Made by a program: the position numbers and the translations under genes
Virus record (IMG/VR): IMGVR_UViG_3300029555_000004
Strand: one strand, 5' to 3'
Origin: a virus
DNA length: 64,000 bases
The notes under the pieces: generated by a model
Database searches by the model: none
What the model was told of the DNA's origin: nothing
Seen by the model: only the letters and a program-made list of their open reading frames with translations
Shown: positions 35,826 to 45,700 of the stretch, one piece after another
Position numbering within the stretch: position 1 is the first letter of the stretch
Layout of the letters: each line of letters begins with the position of its first letter

Positions 35826-36995
35826 ATGAATTCTGAAATCAGAGAAATATCCCAAGAAGAAATAAAAGCGAGAGTAGCGTTTCTTTCATCCGCAAAATGT
35901 AATCATACACCACACAAATATATTGATATTGCTGGTGGATTGATTGAGGGTACGCTATTATCAAGAATTTTATATTGGTTTTCTGAGGATAAAAATAAAA
36001 GAAGAAAAGTGCGCATTTTTAAAGACGGCCATTATTGGATTGCAAAACAGAGAAAAGATTGGCAAGAAGAAATTAGAATTACAGAACGCCAATACGATAA
36101 GGCAATTAAAGAACTGAAAAATAGAGGGTTTGTTGAACTCGCAAAATATAAGTTTAATTCCATGCCTACAGTACATATTCGCCCATTGTGGGAAAATATC
36201 AATAAGGCTGTTGCTGTTTGGGAAAGTGAACTTGAAAAAGAAATTGTTTCCGAATTTCAAAATGAAGCAAACGGGAATAACGAAAAATGTAATTCCCAAG
36301 GGAATGACGAAAAATGTAATTCGGGAATTACAGAAGGAAGCACTTCTTTAACATTACCTACTAACAATGATTATCATAATAACAATGATTACTTTCAAGA
36401 GAAAACAGAACCAGACTTTATTGATAATAAAGAAAAAAAGACTTTATCTTATACAGATAAAGATAATCAGACTTCTGCTCCTAATAATTATAATAAATTA
36501 AATATATATAATATACCTCCTAGAACCAAGGAGCAGAAAGCCAACCGCTATAATTTTAGGAACCAATCATCTCTCTTAGATTATAAAGACGAGGATGTTG
36601 AGAAATTGGTAACCGAAATATACGAAAGCATTTACGGAGCCAAAGAGAATATTTTTGAAGACCATGACATTTGCTTATCTATATTTTTAATTAAGGAGTT
36701 TTTTAAGAAATATCAAAAGTACCGTGAAGAGAAACATCCGATGGTTACACAAAGCCAAGCTGAAAATATTCTGAAAATGATACGCAATCCAGATACAGAT
36801 ATGGCAAAAGATGATTTGGTAGACGATAAAGAAGAACCACTATTCTATCTTGACATGATGGAGGAACATTTTAAGACAAAGTGGGGGAAAAGAAATGGCG
36901 GAGATTTTGATTATAGAATCATGTTATTTTTTAAGGACACCACACAAAATATGTTATATCAAAGAGTGAAACAGAAAAGGGAGGACACATTATGA
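35826..36995 (+). CDS. replication-initiator-like wHTH protein
   Basis: ORF track 35772..36995. Start moved to ATG 35826 behind GGAGG. LLSRILYWFSEDKN...YDKAIKELKNRGFVE is a winged-helix-like N-terminus. Low-complexity N/K/D-rich middle. Confidence 0.35.
   Translation: MNSEIREISQEEIKARVAFLSSAKCNHTPHKYIDIAGGLIEGTLLSRILYWFSEDKNKRRKVRIFKDGHYWIAKQRKDWQEEIRITERQYDKAIKELKNRGFVELAKYKFNSMPTVHIRPLWENINKAVAVWESELEKEIVSEFQNEANGNNEKCNSQGNDEKCNSGITEGSTSLTLPTNNDYHNNNDYFQEKTEPDFIDNKEKKTLSYTDKDNQTSAPNNYNKLNIYNIPPRTKEQKANRYNFRNQSSLLDYKDEDVEKLVTEIYESIYGAKENIFEDHDICLSIFLIKEFFKKYQKYREEKHPMVTQSQAENILKMIRNPDTDMAKDDLVDDKEEPLFYLDMMEEHFKTKWGKRNGGDFDYRIMLFFKDTTQNMLYQRVKQKREDTL
36273..36328 (+). repeat. 27-bp tandem duplication inside the Rep-like gene
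   Basis: GGGAATAACGAAAAATGTAATTC (36273-36295) and GGGAATGACGAAAAATGTAATTC (36300-36322), then GGGAAT again. Confidence 0.6.
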
Positions 36996-37624
36996 AAAGA
37001 ATCAAAGCACTACTGGCAACCATTATCTGTATTTGCGTTATCACAGGGCTAACAGGCTGTGCAGCGAATGACGATTACATGAATGACGTGAAAGGAAATC
37101 TTTCTGGTAACAGCTACACAATCTATACCTACGACAACTACGGTCAAAAGGTTATGACTACCACTGGGGACAAGATCAACATTGCCGGGAATAAAACCAA
37201 ATCCAAGGGCTACGATAGTGAGGGAAATGAAACAACCAGCTACGATGTATCTTCCGTCATTACAATTCTGATTGACGGTAAAGAAATTGAAAGCTGTGGT
37301 GATACTTGTATTTTTGAGCAAAAAGGATTGAAGCCAGAGGTTGATTTTACCCAGGAGGATATAATTAGCCATTCAACTGGGAAGATTTCAGAGAACACAT
37401 ACATAGCCGGGATTGTGAATTATTATAAAAATTATTTCGGGAAATCTAGGGTTGTAGTAATAAAATCTCAACTCGGGCAACCGATAGCCGCATATTCTGG
37501 TGACGAGGTGTTCTGGAAAATCCCGGACGATCTGCCTAAAATGACAAAGCTAATGATTGACGGAAAAGCTCTTTATATCCACAGGGCAAATTTCCAGATT
37601 ATTGATAAAGAATTACTGCAATAA
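36992..37624 (+). CDS. lipoprotein
   Basis: Signal peptide MKRIKALLATIICICVITGLTGC with a lipobox LTGC. Confidence 0.6.
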   Translation: MKRIKALLATIICICVITGLTGCAANDDYMNDVKGNLSGNSYTIYTYDNYGQKVMTTTGDKINIAGNKTKSKGYDSEGNETTSYDVSSVITILIDGKEIESCGDTCIFEQKGLKPEVDFTQEDIISHSTGKISENTYIAGIVNYYKNYFGKSRVVVIKSQLGQPIAAYSGDEVFWKIPDDLPKMTKLMIDGKALYIHRANFQIIDKELLQ

Positions 37625-37731
37625 AATAGCCAAATTCGTCTTAAAACCTCTTACCAGATAAAATATAGGCACAAGACAAGAAAATTGAAATTTGAACAAA
37701 GAAATCAACTAATTGTGGAGAATTAAAACAT

Positions 37732-38064
37732 ATGAGCCAAATAGGAACAGAACTTCCAACAGAATATTCAGACCGTTTCGATAAATTACGACAGAATAGG
37801 GTTGAGGTAAGCTTTTACAAGTATGGTACGGCAAAGGATAACTTCGGGGAGAAGTTGGTAAACGCCTTGGAATCCCACGATATGTGCATCAAAAAGTATC
37901 GTGAGACTGGGAATACAGAATATCTTTGCGATGCAGCAAATTATCTCATGTTTGAGTTTATGTATCCACAAATTCAAGGCGCATACTTCAAGGCAACAGA
38001 CAGCGGAGAAAGTGCCGGAGTTGCCGGAACACCGATTAATCAGCTGAAGGAGAAGTGGTATTAA
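37732..38064 (+). CDS. hypothetical protein (possibly MazG-like all-alpha)
   Basis: ORF track. The ..TEYLCDAANYLMFEF.. segment only weakly recalls NTP-pyrophosphohydrolase helices. Confidence 0.4.
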   Translation: MSQIGTELPTEYSDRFDKLRQNRVEVSFYKYGTAKDNFGEKLVNALESHDMCIKKYRETGNTEYLCDAANYLMFEFMYPQIQGAYFKATDSGESAGVAGTPINQLKEKWY

Positions 38065-38087
38065 CGAAAAGGAGATGTAAAAATATA

Positions 38088-38375
38088 ATGAACAGACCAT
38101 TATTTGAGCCAGGGGATATTGTACAGCACTTCAAACGAGAAACCATCAAGGAGCCACACAACAACGAATATTTGTATGAGATTGTTGGATTCGCCCAACA
38201 TACGGAAACAGGAGAAGCCCTGGTGATATACAGGGCATTGTACGGTGGTAAGAAATTATATGCCAGACCATCAAAAATGTTCTACGGAAAAGTAGATCGG
38301 AACAGGTACCCGGAAATTCAGCAAGAGTACAGATTTGTGAAGTATCATGGAGTGCTTTACGCTGATGGACTTTAA
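38088..38375 (+). CDS. DUF1653-like protein
   Basis: ORF track 38055..38375. Start moved to ATG 38088 behind AAGGAG. IVQHFKRE...LYEIVGFAQHTETGEALVIYRALYG...YARPSKMF pattern. Confidence 0.5.
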   Translation: MNRPLFEPGDIVQHFKRETIKEPHNNEYLYEIVGFAQHTETGEALVIYRALYGGKKLYARPSKMFYGKVDRNRYPEIQQEYRFVKYHGVLYADGL

Positions 38376-38580
38376 GCAGACTTACTTTTCCATCTGGCAA
38401 GATATATGGAATCTCCACAAGAAGTATGCCTTTATCTCAAAAGACGATATTCCCAAGTGGGAAAATCTCACCATGGAAGCAAGCCAGATTCACGATAAAT
38501 ACTCCGATTCTTTCGGTGCGAAATTTGCCGAAGCTCTTTTGATTGCTGTGACTGCGGAAATTGATAGAAAAGCGAAATAG
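38347..38580 (+). CDS. hypothetical protein
   Basis: ORF track. No clear RBS, so the start is uncertain. Confidence 0.35.
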   Translation: MECFTLMDFKQTYFSIWQDIWNLHKKYAFISKDDIPKWENLTMEASQIHDKYSDSFGAKFAEALLIAVTAEIDRKAK

Positions 38581-38642
38581 TGCTTCCAGAATACGTCCCA
38601 AGGTGGTACAATATGGGTATCAAACTAAGGAGGGGGATATTT

Positions 38643-40145
38643 ATGGCACTGATTAAATGTCCAGAATGCGGCAAGGAAATAAGTGATAAAGCGGCAAGCT
38701 GCCCGAACTGTGGATTCCCGATAACACAGGGAAATGCAACACAGGAACTGCCACAGAAGCAAAAGGAATACGACATTGAGATGTTGGATTCTATGAGAAT
38801 CAAGGCTTCAAAAGCGAATATTGAGGTTTACTACAAAGGAAATTTGTTACTTGAAGCAAATCCTATGGATTTTGTATTGAATTATGATAAGGAAGAACCA
38901 GACGATTTAGGGAGAGTACAGTTGAAAGTTGCTTTTTCAATTCCGAAATACGCAAAGCCTTTCAAAATTTGCTTATCAACAGGTTCTTCCGCATATGAAC
39001 AGGCAAAAGAATTTACAACAGAGATTGCGGAGCGGTACTTCAAAAAACAATATGTTGTTGAATGGTATATGTTAGACAAGAGTGTAATGGATAATTGCGA
39101 CAGGGGCGAAGCAAACAAGGCCAGAACAACTATTGAGAATATCGAAAAACCTAAAACATATTCTGCACCAAAACCACAGTACACAACACAGCCGACAGCT
39201 ACCAAGAAAAAAGGGGGATGCGCAAACTATTTTGGTTTTATCTGCCTTGTGTTTATTCTAATTGGCTGGTATTCATCTAAAACAGAGAAAACAGCAGATA
39301 CATCCAAAACACAGACGGAAAAATCCAGTAGTTACGAAAGAAAAGCAACTCCTACAGTAGAAGAGAAAAAACAGAATGTGGCTCCAATTACTTTTGATGA
39401 TGAATTACAAACATTTAATTCTGGTGAATATTCTTATATCACTGACAGCGATTTATATAAATATGCAGTCAATATGAGCGGAGCTAAAATTTATACTGTA
39501 GCAACAATAAGTGAGATTAAAGACAATAAGGTGCAAGTTACTATTGGTGATAAATACATGATGAGTAATTTTAATGTATCTGATAGTAAATTGTATGCAA
39601 AATATGAAAGCGGTCTTAAAGATGATGATGTGGTTGCTATTCTTGGAACAGTATCAAATGTAGATTCATGGGGATTTATGGGAGATTCCATAAATTTAGA
39701 GAATTGTATGGTATTCGCCAAAGGAGATGAAGCTAAAAACTACAAAAAGAATGCTTCAGATGATAGTTTATCACAGTATTTTGTAGTGACAGAAGAAGTG
39801 GCAAATTCAAAAGAAGTTTCAGAGGACGAATACAAGGCACTTTGCCAAACATTGGACTATAATGATATATTGAGAAATCCTGACAGTTACGATAAAAAAC
39901 ATTGTATTGTCTCTGGAACAATAGATCAGTCATTAGAAGGAATATTCGGCGGATATACGTTGTATATTGTTGACGGAAACGGTAATAAATGGGATTGTTC
40001 ATATAGCTATGAGGATGGCGAAACACATTACCTAGAAGGAGATTGGGTAACCGTATACGGAACTTGTAGCGGAACATTAAATTCTACAACACTTCTTGGG
40101 AAACAAGTTACATTGCCAAGTATAGATGTTAAATACATTAACTGA
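38643..40145 (+). CDS. zinc-ribbon membrane protein with a large extracytoplasmic domain
   Basis: ORF track 38580..40145. Start moved to ATG 38643 behind AAGGAGGGGG. CPECGKEISDKAASCPNCG zinc ribbon. TM helix FGFICLVFILIGWY. Confidence 0.5.
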   Translation: MALIKCPECGKEISDKAASCPNCGFPITQGNATQELPQKQKEYDIEMLDSMRIKASKANIEVYYKGNLLLEANPMDFVLNYDKEEPDDLGRVQLKVAFSIPKYAKPFKICLSTGSSAYEQAKEFTTEIAERYFKKQYVVEWYMLDKSVMDNCDRGEANKARTTIENIEKPKTYSAPKPQYTTQPTATKKKGGCANYFGFICLVFILIGWYSSKTEKTADTSKTQTEKSSSYERKATPTVEEKKQNVAPITFDDELQTFNSGEYSYITDSDLYKYAVNMSGAKIYTVATISEIKDNKVQVTIGDKYMMSNFNVSDSKLYAKYESGLKDDDVVAILGTVSNVDSWGFMGDSINLENCMVFAKGDEAKNYKKNASDDSLSQYFVVTEEVANSKEVSEDEYKALCQTLDYNDILRNPDSYDKKHCIVSGTIDQSLEGIFGGYTLYIVDGNGNKWDCSYSYEDGETHYLEGDWVTVYGTCSGTLNSTTLLGKQVTLPSIDVKYIN

Positions 40146-40152
40146 TAAAAAT

Positions 40153-40186
40153 AAGGCTAGGGAGAAATCTCTAGCCTTTTTATTTT
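40153..40186 (+). terminator. intrinsic terminator
   Basis: AAGGCTAGGGAG-AAAT-CTCTAGCCTT, then TTTATTTTT. Confidence 0.65.
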
Positions 40187-40193
40187 TGAAAAA

Positions 40194-40318
40194 TGAATCA
40201 TCATTTTGATGGATTTTCGGAAAAATAACTGTCCCTCAAAATTGAAGAGCAGGGTTCTTCATTTTGAGGATCGAACGGACAAATTGACCTGCCGTAGGCT
40301 TGAATCATCATTTTGATG
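40194..40318 (+). repeat. two identical 18-mers TGAATCATCATTTTGATG
   Basis: Copies at 40194-40211 and 40301-40318. Each contains the palindrome TCATCA-TTTT-GATGA. Confidence 0.65.
40234..40269. promoter_or_regulatory. large imperfect palindrome
   Basis: CCTCAAAATTGAAGA (40234-40248) pairs with TCTTCATTTTGAGG (40256-40269). A related CTCAATTTTGAGGA lies near 34631-34646. Confidence 0.45.
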
Positions 40319-40384
40319 AACCTTCGTGATTTTCAAGATGGTTCATTCCTCATTGATGAGGAGTAAAAAAATATAAAAATGTTA

Positions 40385-40429
40385 TTGACTTCTAATCGAC
40401 TTCATAGTATATTATAAGTAAGAAGTCAA
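40385..40429 (+). promoter_or_regulatory. promoter bracketed by a 9-bp inverted repeat
   Basis: TTGACT (40385-40390), 17-nt spacer, TATATT (40408-40413). Inverted repeat TTGACTTCT (40385-40393) / AGAAGTCAA (40421-40429). Confidence 0.55.
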
Positions 40430-40460
40430 TATGACTTCAAGAAAGGAGGAAATGCTAATA

Positions 40461-40655
40461 ATGAGTATCAAAACATTTACGTTAAGACTGACAGAAGAAC
40501 AGCTTGATTTTGTCGGTGAGAAAGCAAAAGAAATGGGGGTGAGTAAAAACGATTATATTCGCAGGTTAATTGATGGAGATATTCGAGCAGACAAAGAGGA
40601 TAAAATCTTACAGGAAATTATCGAAATCAAGAATATGTTAAAAGCAAACAAATAA
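40461..40655 (+). CDS. ribbon-helix-helix (CopG-like) regulator
   Basis: ORF track 40431..40655. Start moved to ATG 40461 behind AAGGAGG. KTFTLRLTEEQLDFVGEKAKEMGVSKNDYIRRLI is an RHH pattern. Confidence 0.6.
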   Translation: MSIKTFTLRLTEEQLDFVGEKAKEMGVSKNDYIRRLIDGDIRADKEDKILQEIIEIKNMLKANK

Positions 40656-40778
40656 AAAAAGGATTCCTGAACCCTAGAAAAGTCGGAACCCTTTAAGCAC
40701 TCAACACACCGAAGTAGTTGATATTGTCATTATATCTCCCTTCGGTGTAATTGTAAACACCGAAAGGAGATTTTTTAT

Positions 40779-41594
40779 ATGGCAAATTTAAAGGTTATTG
40801 AAAATGAATTAGTTCCTGTGTACGAAACCGAAAAAGGAATTAAAGTTGTATATGGAAAAGACTTGCATAAAAGCTTAGCAGTAAAAACAGATTTTTCCAC
40901 ATGGGTAAAGAGGAGATTATCAGAGTGTGATGCTGAGGAAAAAGAAGATTTTGATCTGCTCCCCAAAATTGAGGAGCAGGTAACAGGCAGTAAACACACG
41001 ATTGAATACCTCATCAAACTCGACACTGCCAAAGAAATGGCAATGCTTGAACGCAACGACAAAGGAAAACAGGTTCGCAAGTATTTCATCCAAGTGGAAG
41101 AGAAATATAAGCAGACAGCAATCAATATCAATCAGCTGTCACCCGAACTGCAAATGTTCAATCAGATTTTCCAACAAGTAGCTAAGACCGAACTGGAACA
41201 GAAGAAACTTGCGGAACGTGCCGACCAACAAGAGAAGAACATGAAAACCATCATTGATACTTTCAAGGGGACGGATTCCGATGTTGGCACAGAGAAGTGG
41301 GTAAACAGATGTATTTCAAAGATTGCCGAGAGCGATGATTTCTCTTACTCATTCGGGAATAAATATGCCGCCGCCAGAAACGAAAGCTACCGCAGATTAT
41401 CAGACAGAGCTGGTTGCCGATTAGATCAGAAACTTAGAAATGCGATTTCCAGAGCTGAGGAAAGAGGTTGCACAAAAGAGCTGATTAATCAGATTAATAA
41501 ACTGTCCGTAATCATGCAAGATAAGCGACTGAAAGAAATTTACATTGGTGTGATTAAAGAAATGATGATTGCATATAGAGTAGAAATTGCATAA
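40779..41594 (+). CDS. antirepressor-like protein (AntA-type N-terminus), paralog 2
   Basis: VVYGKDLHKSLAVKTDFSTWVKRRL...DTAKEMAMLERNDKGKQVRKYFIQVEE. Confidence 0.6.
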   Translation: MANLKVIENELVPVYETEKGIKVVYGKDLHKSLAVKTDFSTWVKRRLSECDAEEKEDFDLLPKIEEQVTGSKHTIEYLIKLDTAKEMAMLERNDKGKQVRKYFIQVEEKYKQTAININQLSPELQMFNQIFQQVAKTELEQKKLAERADQQEKNMKTIIDTFKGTDSDVGTEKWVNRCISKIAESDDFSYSFGNKYAAARNESYRRLSDRAGCRLDQKLRNAISRAEERGCTKELINQINKLSVIMQDKRLKEIYIGVIKEMMIAYRVEIA

Positions 41595-41630
41595 TTAGAT
41601 TTTTACAGAGATACACAGGAGGAAAATAAA

Positions 41631-41882
41631 ATGACAGAAAATATGGATAGAGAAGACACAATGTTTGAAGTAGAGGACACTATTGATAAAATCAAGTTTC
41701 TTGTGGATGATTTCATGGAACAGTATGGATTTAACAGCACAGAAGAGATGGACAAAGAGAAAAGCCTTTTCTTTGCATATAACAAGCAATTTATGACAAT
41801 GAAACTGTTGATTTTGAGCGATTATGCCAATAAAGCAAGACAGAAATTTAAGGCTCTTGAATCTATGGAGCAGAAAGCGTGA
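41631..41882 (+). CDS. hypothetical acidic protein
   Basis: ORF track. AGGAGGAAAA RBS. Confidence 0.5.
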   Translation: MTENMDREDTMFEVEDTIDKIKFLVDDFMEQYGFNSTEEMDKEKSLFFAYNKQFMTMKLLILSDYANKARQKFKALESMEQKA

Positions 41883-41886
41883 TCGT

Positions 41887-42183
41887 ATGGCAAACAGAAT
41901 CCAGTTCAATGGCTTTCAGAAAAAGAGTGTGTACGCCAAGTGCAACGGAAAATGTGCGATATGCGGTAAGCCTGTCAAATTTAAGAAAATGACAATCGAC
42001 CACATTATGCCGTTGTCTCGGGGCGGCACCAATGATATTAAGAATCTGCAACTGGCGTGTAAGCGCTGCAACAGCATGAAGAGCAACATGACAATGGATG
42101 ATATGATGGGGCAGATTTCCGAGATTTTGAAGTATAACCGCAAACAGAAATTGATTAGAGTGTTGGGAGGAATTGTGGAATGA
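41887..42183 (+). CDS. HNH endonuclease
   Basis: ORF track 41824..42183. Start moved to ATG 41887. CAICGKPV...TIDHIMPLSRGGTNDIKNLQLACKRCNSMKSN is a classical HNH. Confidence 0.8.
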   Translation: MANRIQFNGFQKKSVYAKCNGKCAICGKPVKFKKMTIDHIMPLSRGGTNDIKNLQLACKRCNSMKSNMTMDDMMGQISEILKYNRKQKLIRVLGGIVE

Positions 42184-42281
42184 ATTACTATAAGACAGAG
42201 ATCATTAATCTCGTACAGAATTGCGACAATAGCCACTGGCTAGAAGTGATTTATACGTTTGTAAAAAGATTATTGAAATGA
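42180..42281 (+). CDS. micro-ORF (33 aa), paralog of 50461..50562
   Basis: MNYYKTEIINLVQNCDNSHWLEVIYTFVKRLLK. ATGA overlap with the HNH stop. Confidence 0.35.
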   Translation: MNYYKTEIINLVQNCDNSHWLEVIYTFVKRLLK

Positions 42282-42323
42282 TACCATAGTATACTGAATG
42301 ATACTTTCACCGTATGTTATAAT
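42280..42323 (+). promoter_or_regulatory. conserved late-region element, copy C
   Basis: GATACC-N4-TATACTGAATGATACT-N7-TATG-t-TATAAT. The last part is a perfect TRTG extended -10. Confidence 0.6.
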
Positions 42324-42348
42324 ATAAAATCATAATAAGCAATTTTTA

Positions 42349-42381
42349 AAGCGTTTACCTTTCGGGGTAGGCGCTTTTTTC
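42349..42381 (+). terminator. intrinsic terminator following element C
   Basis: AGCGTTTACC-TTTCGG-GGTAGGCGCT (10 bp including two G-U pairs), then TTTTTT. Confidence 0.6.
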
Positions 42382-42409
42382 GTGCGTAAAAATACATGAG
42401 GGTTAGCAT

Positions 42410-42775
42410 ATGGCAGAAGTATTTCTTAAAGTGGATGGGGTAGCATTGCCCTGTCCTTCTTCTTTTACATGGGGATTACAGGATATATCGGCATCAGAAT
42501 CCGGCAGAACAGATGATACGACCATGCACAAAAACAGAGTTGGACAGAAACGAAAGCTGTCTGTAGGTTGGAATGGCCCAGATTGGGACACTGCTTGCAA
42601 AATTATACAGGCAGTAAATCCAGAGTACATACAGGTCACATATCCAGACTTGCTGTCTGCGAACAAGCACGAAACCAGAACATTCTATGTTGGTGACAGG
42701 GAATCCCCTTTTAAGTGTTGGTGGATAGGCAATGAGCGCATGGAAGGACTTAAATTTGATTTTATCGAGAGGTAA
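42410..42775 (+). CDS. small tail-associated protein (putative distal tail component)
   Basis: 121 aa, first gene after the island, directly before the 1289-aa tail protein. Call by position. Confidence 0.35.
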   Translation: MAEVFLKVDGVALPCPSSFTWGLQDISASESGRTDDTTMHKNRVGQKRKLSVGWNGPDWDTACKIIQAVNPEYIQVTYPDLLSANKHETRTFYVGDRESPFKCWWIGNERMEGLKFDFIER

Positions 42776-42778
42776 AAT

Positions 42779-45700
42779 ATGCGAAATTTATCAACGGAAT
42801 TTAAAGAACAACAGAATAGTGGGAACCGTAACTATCTGAAATATGCAGATTTTACCTTTACGGACGGAAGTACATTATCCATTACCGACAAAGACTTATG
42901 GTCTAATGGCTTCAAATTTGAGGATGCAGTATCGCAAAGTGGTTCTTTTGATATCGGCGCAGCTATTGTAAATAAGCTGACATTGCAGATCAACAACTTT
43001 TCTGGCAAGTACACAGATTACATCTGGGACGGAGCGAGAGTTGTTTGCCATATTGGGCTTGAATTATCTACTGGTATTGAAAAAATCCGTATCTGCACCA
43101 TGACAGTAACAGATGCCCCATACCAGAACACAGCTATTATCAGCCTAACTTGTGAAGATTCCATGCGATTATTTGATCGTGATTATTCAGAAAGTAAGCT
43201 GACTTATCCGGCAACTAGATTACAGATCATCCAGGATGCTTGCGAGGTGTGCGGAGTAACACTGCAATCAACAAGATTTGATAACGATGATTTTGTAATC
43301 CAGAATCGACCAGATGATAGCAGCATTACTTTCCGACAGGTAATTGCATGGGTAGCACAGATGGGCTGCCAGTGGGCGAAAACAGATGCATACGGCAGAT
43401 TATGCCTTGACTGGTACAAAAATGAAGTACCGGAAAATTTTTATAATAAGGCAGAAGTACCATGGAATGATATTGAAGGGAAAGACATCTTAGATACCGC
43501 TGGTGCACAGATTATCACTGTTATGCAAAAGGGTATTACAGCCATAGATACGAATGGATTCACACCATGGTTGTATGATGTTGAAATAACAGGCATAAAA
43601 GTTGCAGAATACGTTGAAAATTCTTCTAAAAATGAAGCGAAAACATATCAGTCGGGGAAAACTGGCTATGTTATCGAAATCAGTGATAATAAGCTAATTC
43701 AAGAGGGCTCCGGGGAGAAAATCTGCCAGATTATCGCAGACAGGTGCGTGGGGCTAAAATTCAGACCATTTACTACAGGCGCATTGACTAATATAGCATG
43801 GGAAGCTGGTGACACCATTGAGATTTCCGACAGAAACGGGAAACAGTATAAGAGCTTCCTAACTTCTGTTACTTTGAATCCAGGCGCATTTGAGCAACTT
43901 GAATGCAGTGCTAAGAGTGTATCTAGGAATAAGCAGAAACAGTATACACTTAACCAACAGATGCAAGCTGAAAACAAAAAGAACTTAAAAGATGAACGTA
44001 CCGCCAGAGAAAAGGCACTGGAAGAATTATCACAACGCCTTGCGGAATCTTCTGGAACATACACGACAGTAGAAACACAGCCGGACGGAAGCAAAATCTA
44101 TTATCTTCATAATAAGCCACAGTTGTCCGATTCTGATATTATATGGAAAATGACTGCGGAAGCATGGGCTGTTTCTACAGATGGTGGGCAACATTGGAAT
44201 GGTGGCATGACAGTTGATGGTGATGTGATTGCCAGAATCCTTACTGCTACAGGTGTTAATGCTGACTGGATTAACACAGGAACTATTAAGGCAATTGACA
44301 AAGACGGAAATACAACTTTCCTGGTTGATGTAACAACAGGAAGGGTTGTTATTAATGCGGATTCCGTACAAGTTAAGGGAAAAGATGTTAATGCGATTGC
44401 AAAGGAAAAAGCAGAAACAGAAGTAAATAATTTTATAAGCAATACATACACAACTGATATCAATAATTTACAGTCTCAAATCGACGGACAGATCGAGACT
44501 TTTTTTTATGACTATGAACCGACCTTGCAGAATATCCCGGCTTCTGGATGGACTACAAACGAAGAGCGAAAGAAACATGAGGGTGACTTATTTTACTGGA
44601 AATCCAAGGGATATGCATACCGTTTTATGCAAGATGGGGCAACTTGGAAATGGCAATTGGTACAAGATACCGATATCACGTTAGCACTTGCCGCCGCAGA
44701 AAAAGCACAGGACACAGCAGACCATAAGCGCAGAGTATTCGTAGTTCAGCCAGAACCACCTTACGATATTGGGGATTTATGGACGCAAGGAAAAACTGGC
44801 GATTTGATGAGATGTAAGGTTGCCAGAGCAAGCGGTTCTTATTCAGGGGATGATTGGGAAAAGGCTTCAAAATATACAGATGATTCTACTTTCAATACTT
44901 TCTTGGATGGTGTTTTCAAAGACACGATTAATAATCTTAAAACACAGATTGATGGAAAAATTGAAACCTGGTATCAGCCAAATGATCCATCCGTAAAATG
45001 GACAAAAACAGAGGAATTACCGTGGTGTGATATTGATGGAAACAAGATTCTGGATGAATCCGGGAATGAAATTGTCTTGATATGGGAGTCCGAGAAAGCA
45101 GAGCATGAAGGTGACCTTTGGCACAATACTTCTGATAACACACAATGGATTTACAAATCTGGTATTTGGCAACCACAATCCATACCAGATGAACTGTTAG
45201 ACAAGATAGATGGGAAGTCATCTGTCTATATGGTTCAGCCAAAACCGCCATATTACGAAGGTGACTTGTGGGTGACAACCAATAGTGAAGGAAAGGCTTC
45301 CCTCAAAACATCCACTGTAAATCGTGTTGGCGGAGCGTTTGACGCATCCGATTGGATTGATTTCAAGTATGCAGACAAAGACGATATTAAAAATGCAATT
45401 GATAAGTATGATACCAGTCTTGGACAGGATGAAGTGTTCAATAAACTCACAAAAGGCGGCACTGAACAGGGAATCTATATCAAAGATGGAAAAGTATACA
45501 TTAATGCAAAATATATTCTGGCTGGACTGCTTGCTGGTGAGAGAATCAATGGTCGAGGACTGAAAGTTATTGATGACGACAATAATGTGACTTTAGAAAT
45601 CGACAGCAACGGAAATGTTATTCTAGCTCCAAAGACTTTTTCCTTACAAGGGAAAACAGTAAAGGAAATTGCAGATTCTTCTGCCAGTACCGCAGTTTCT

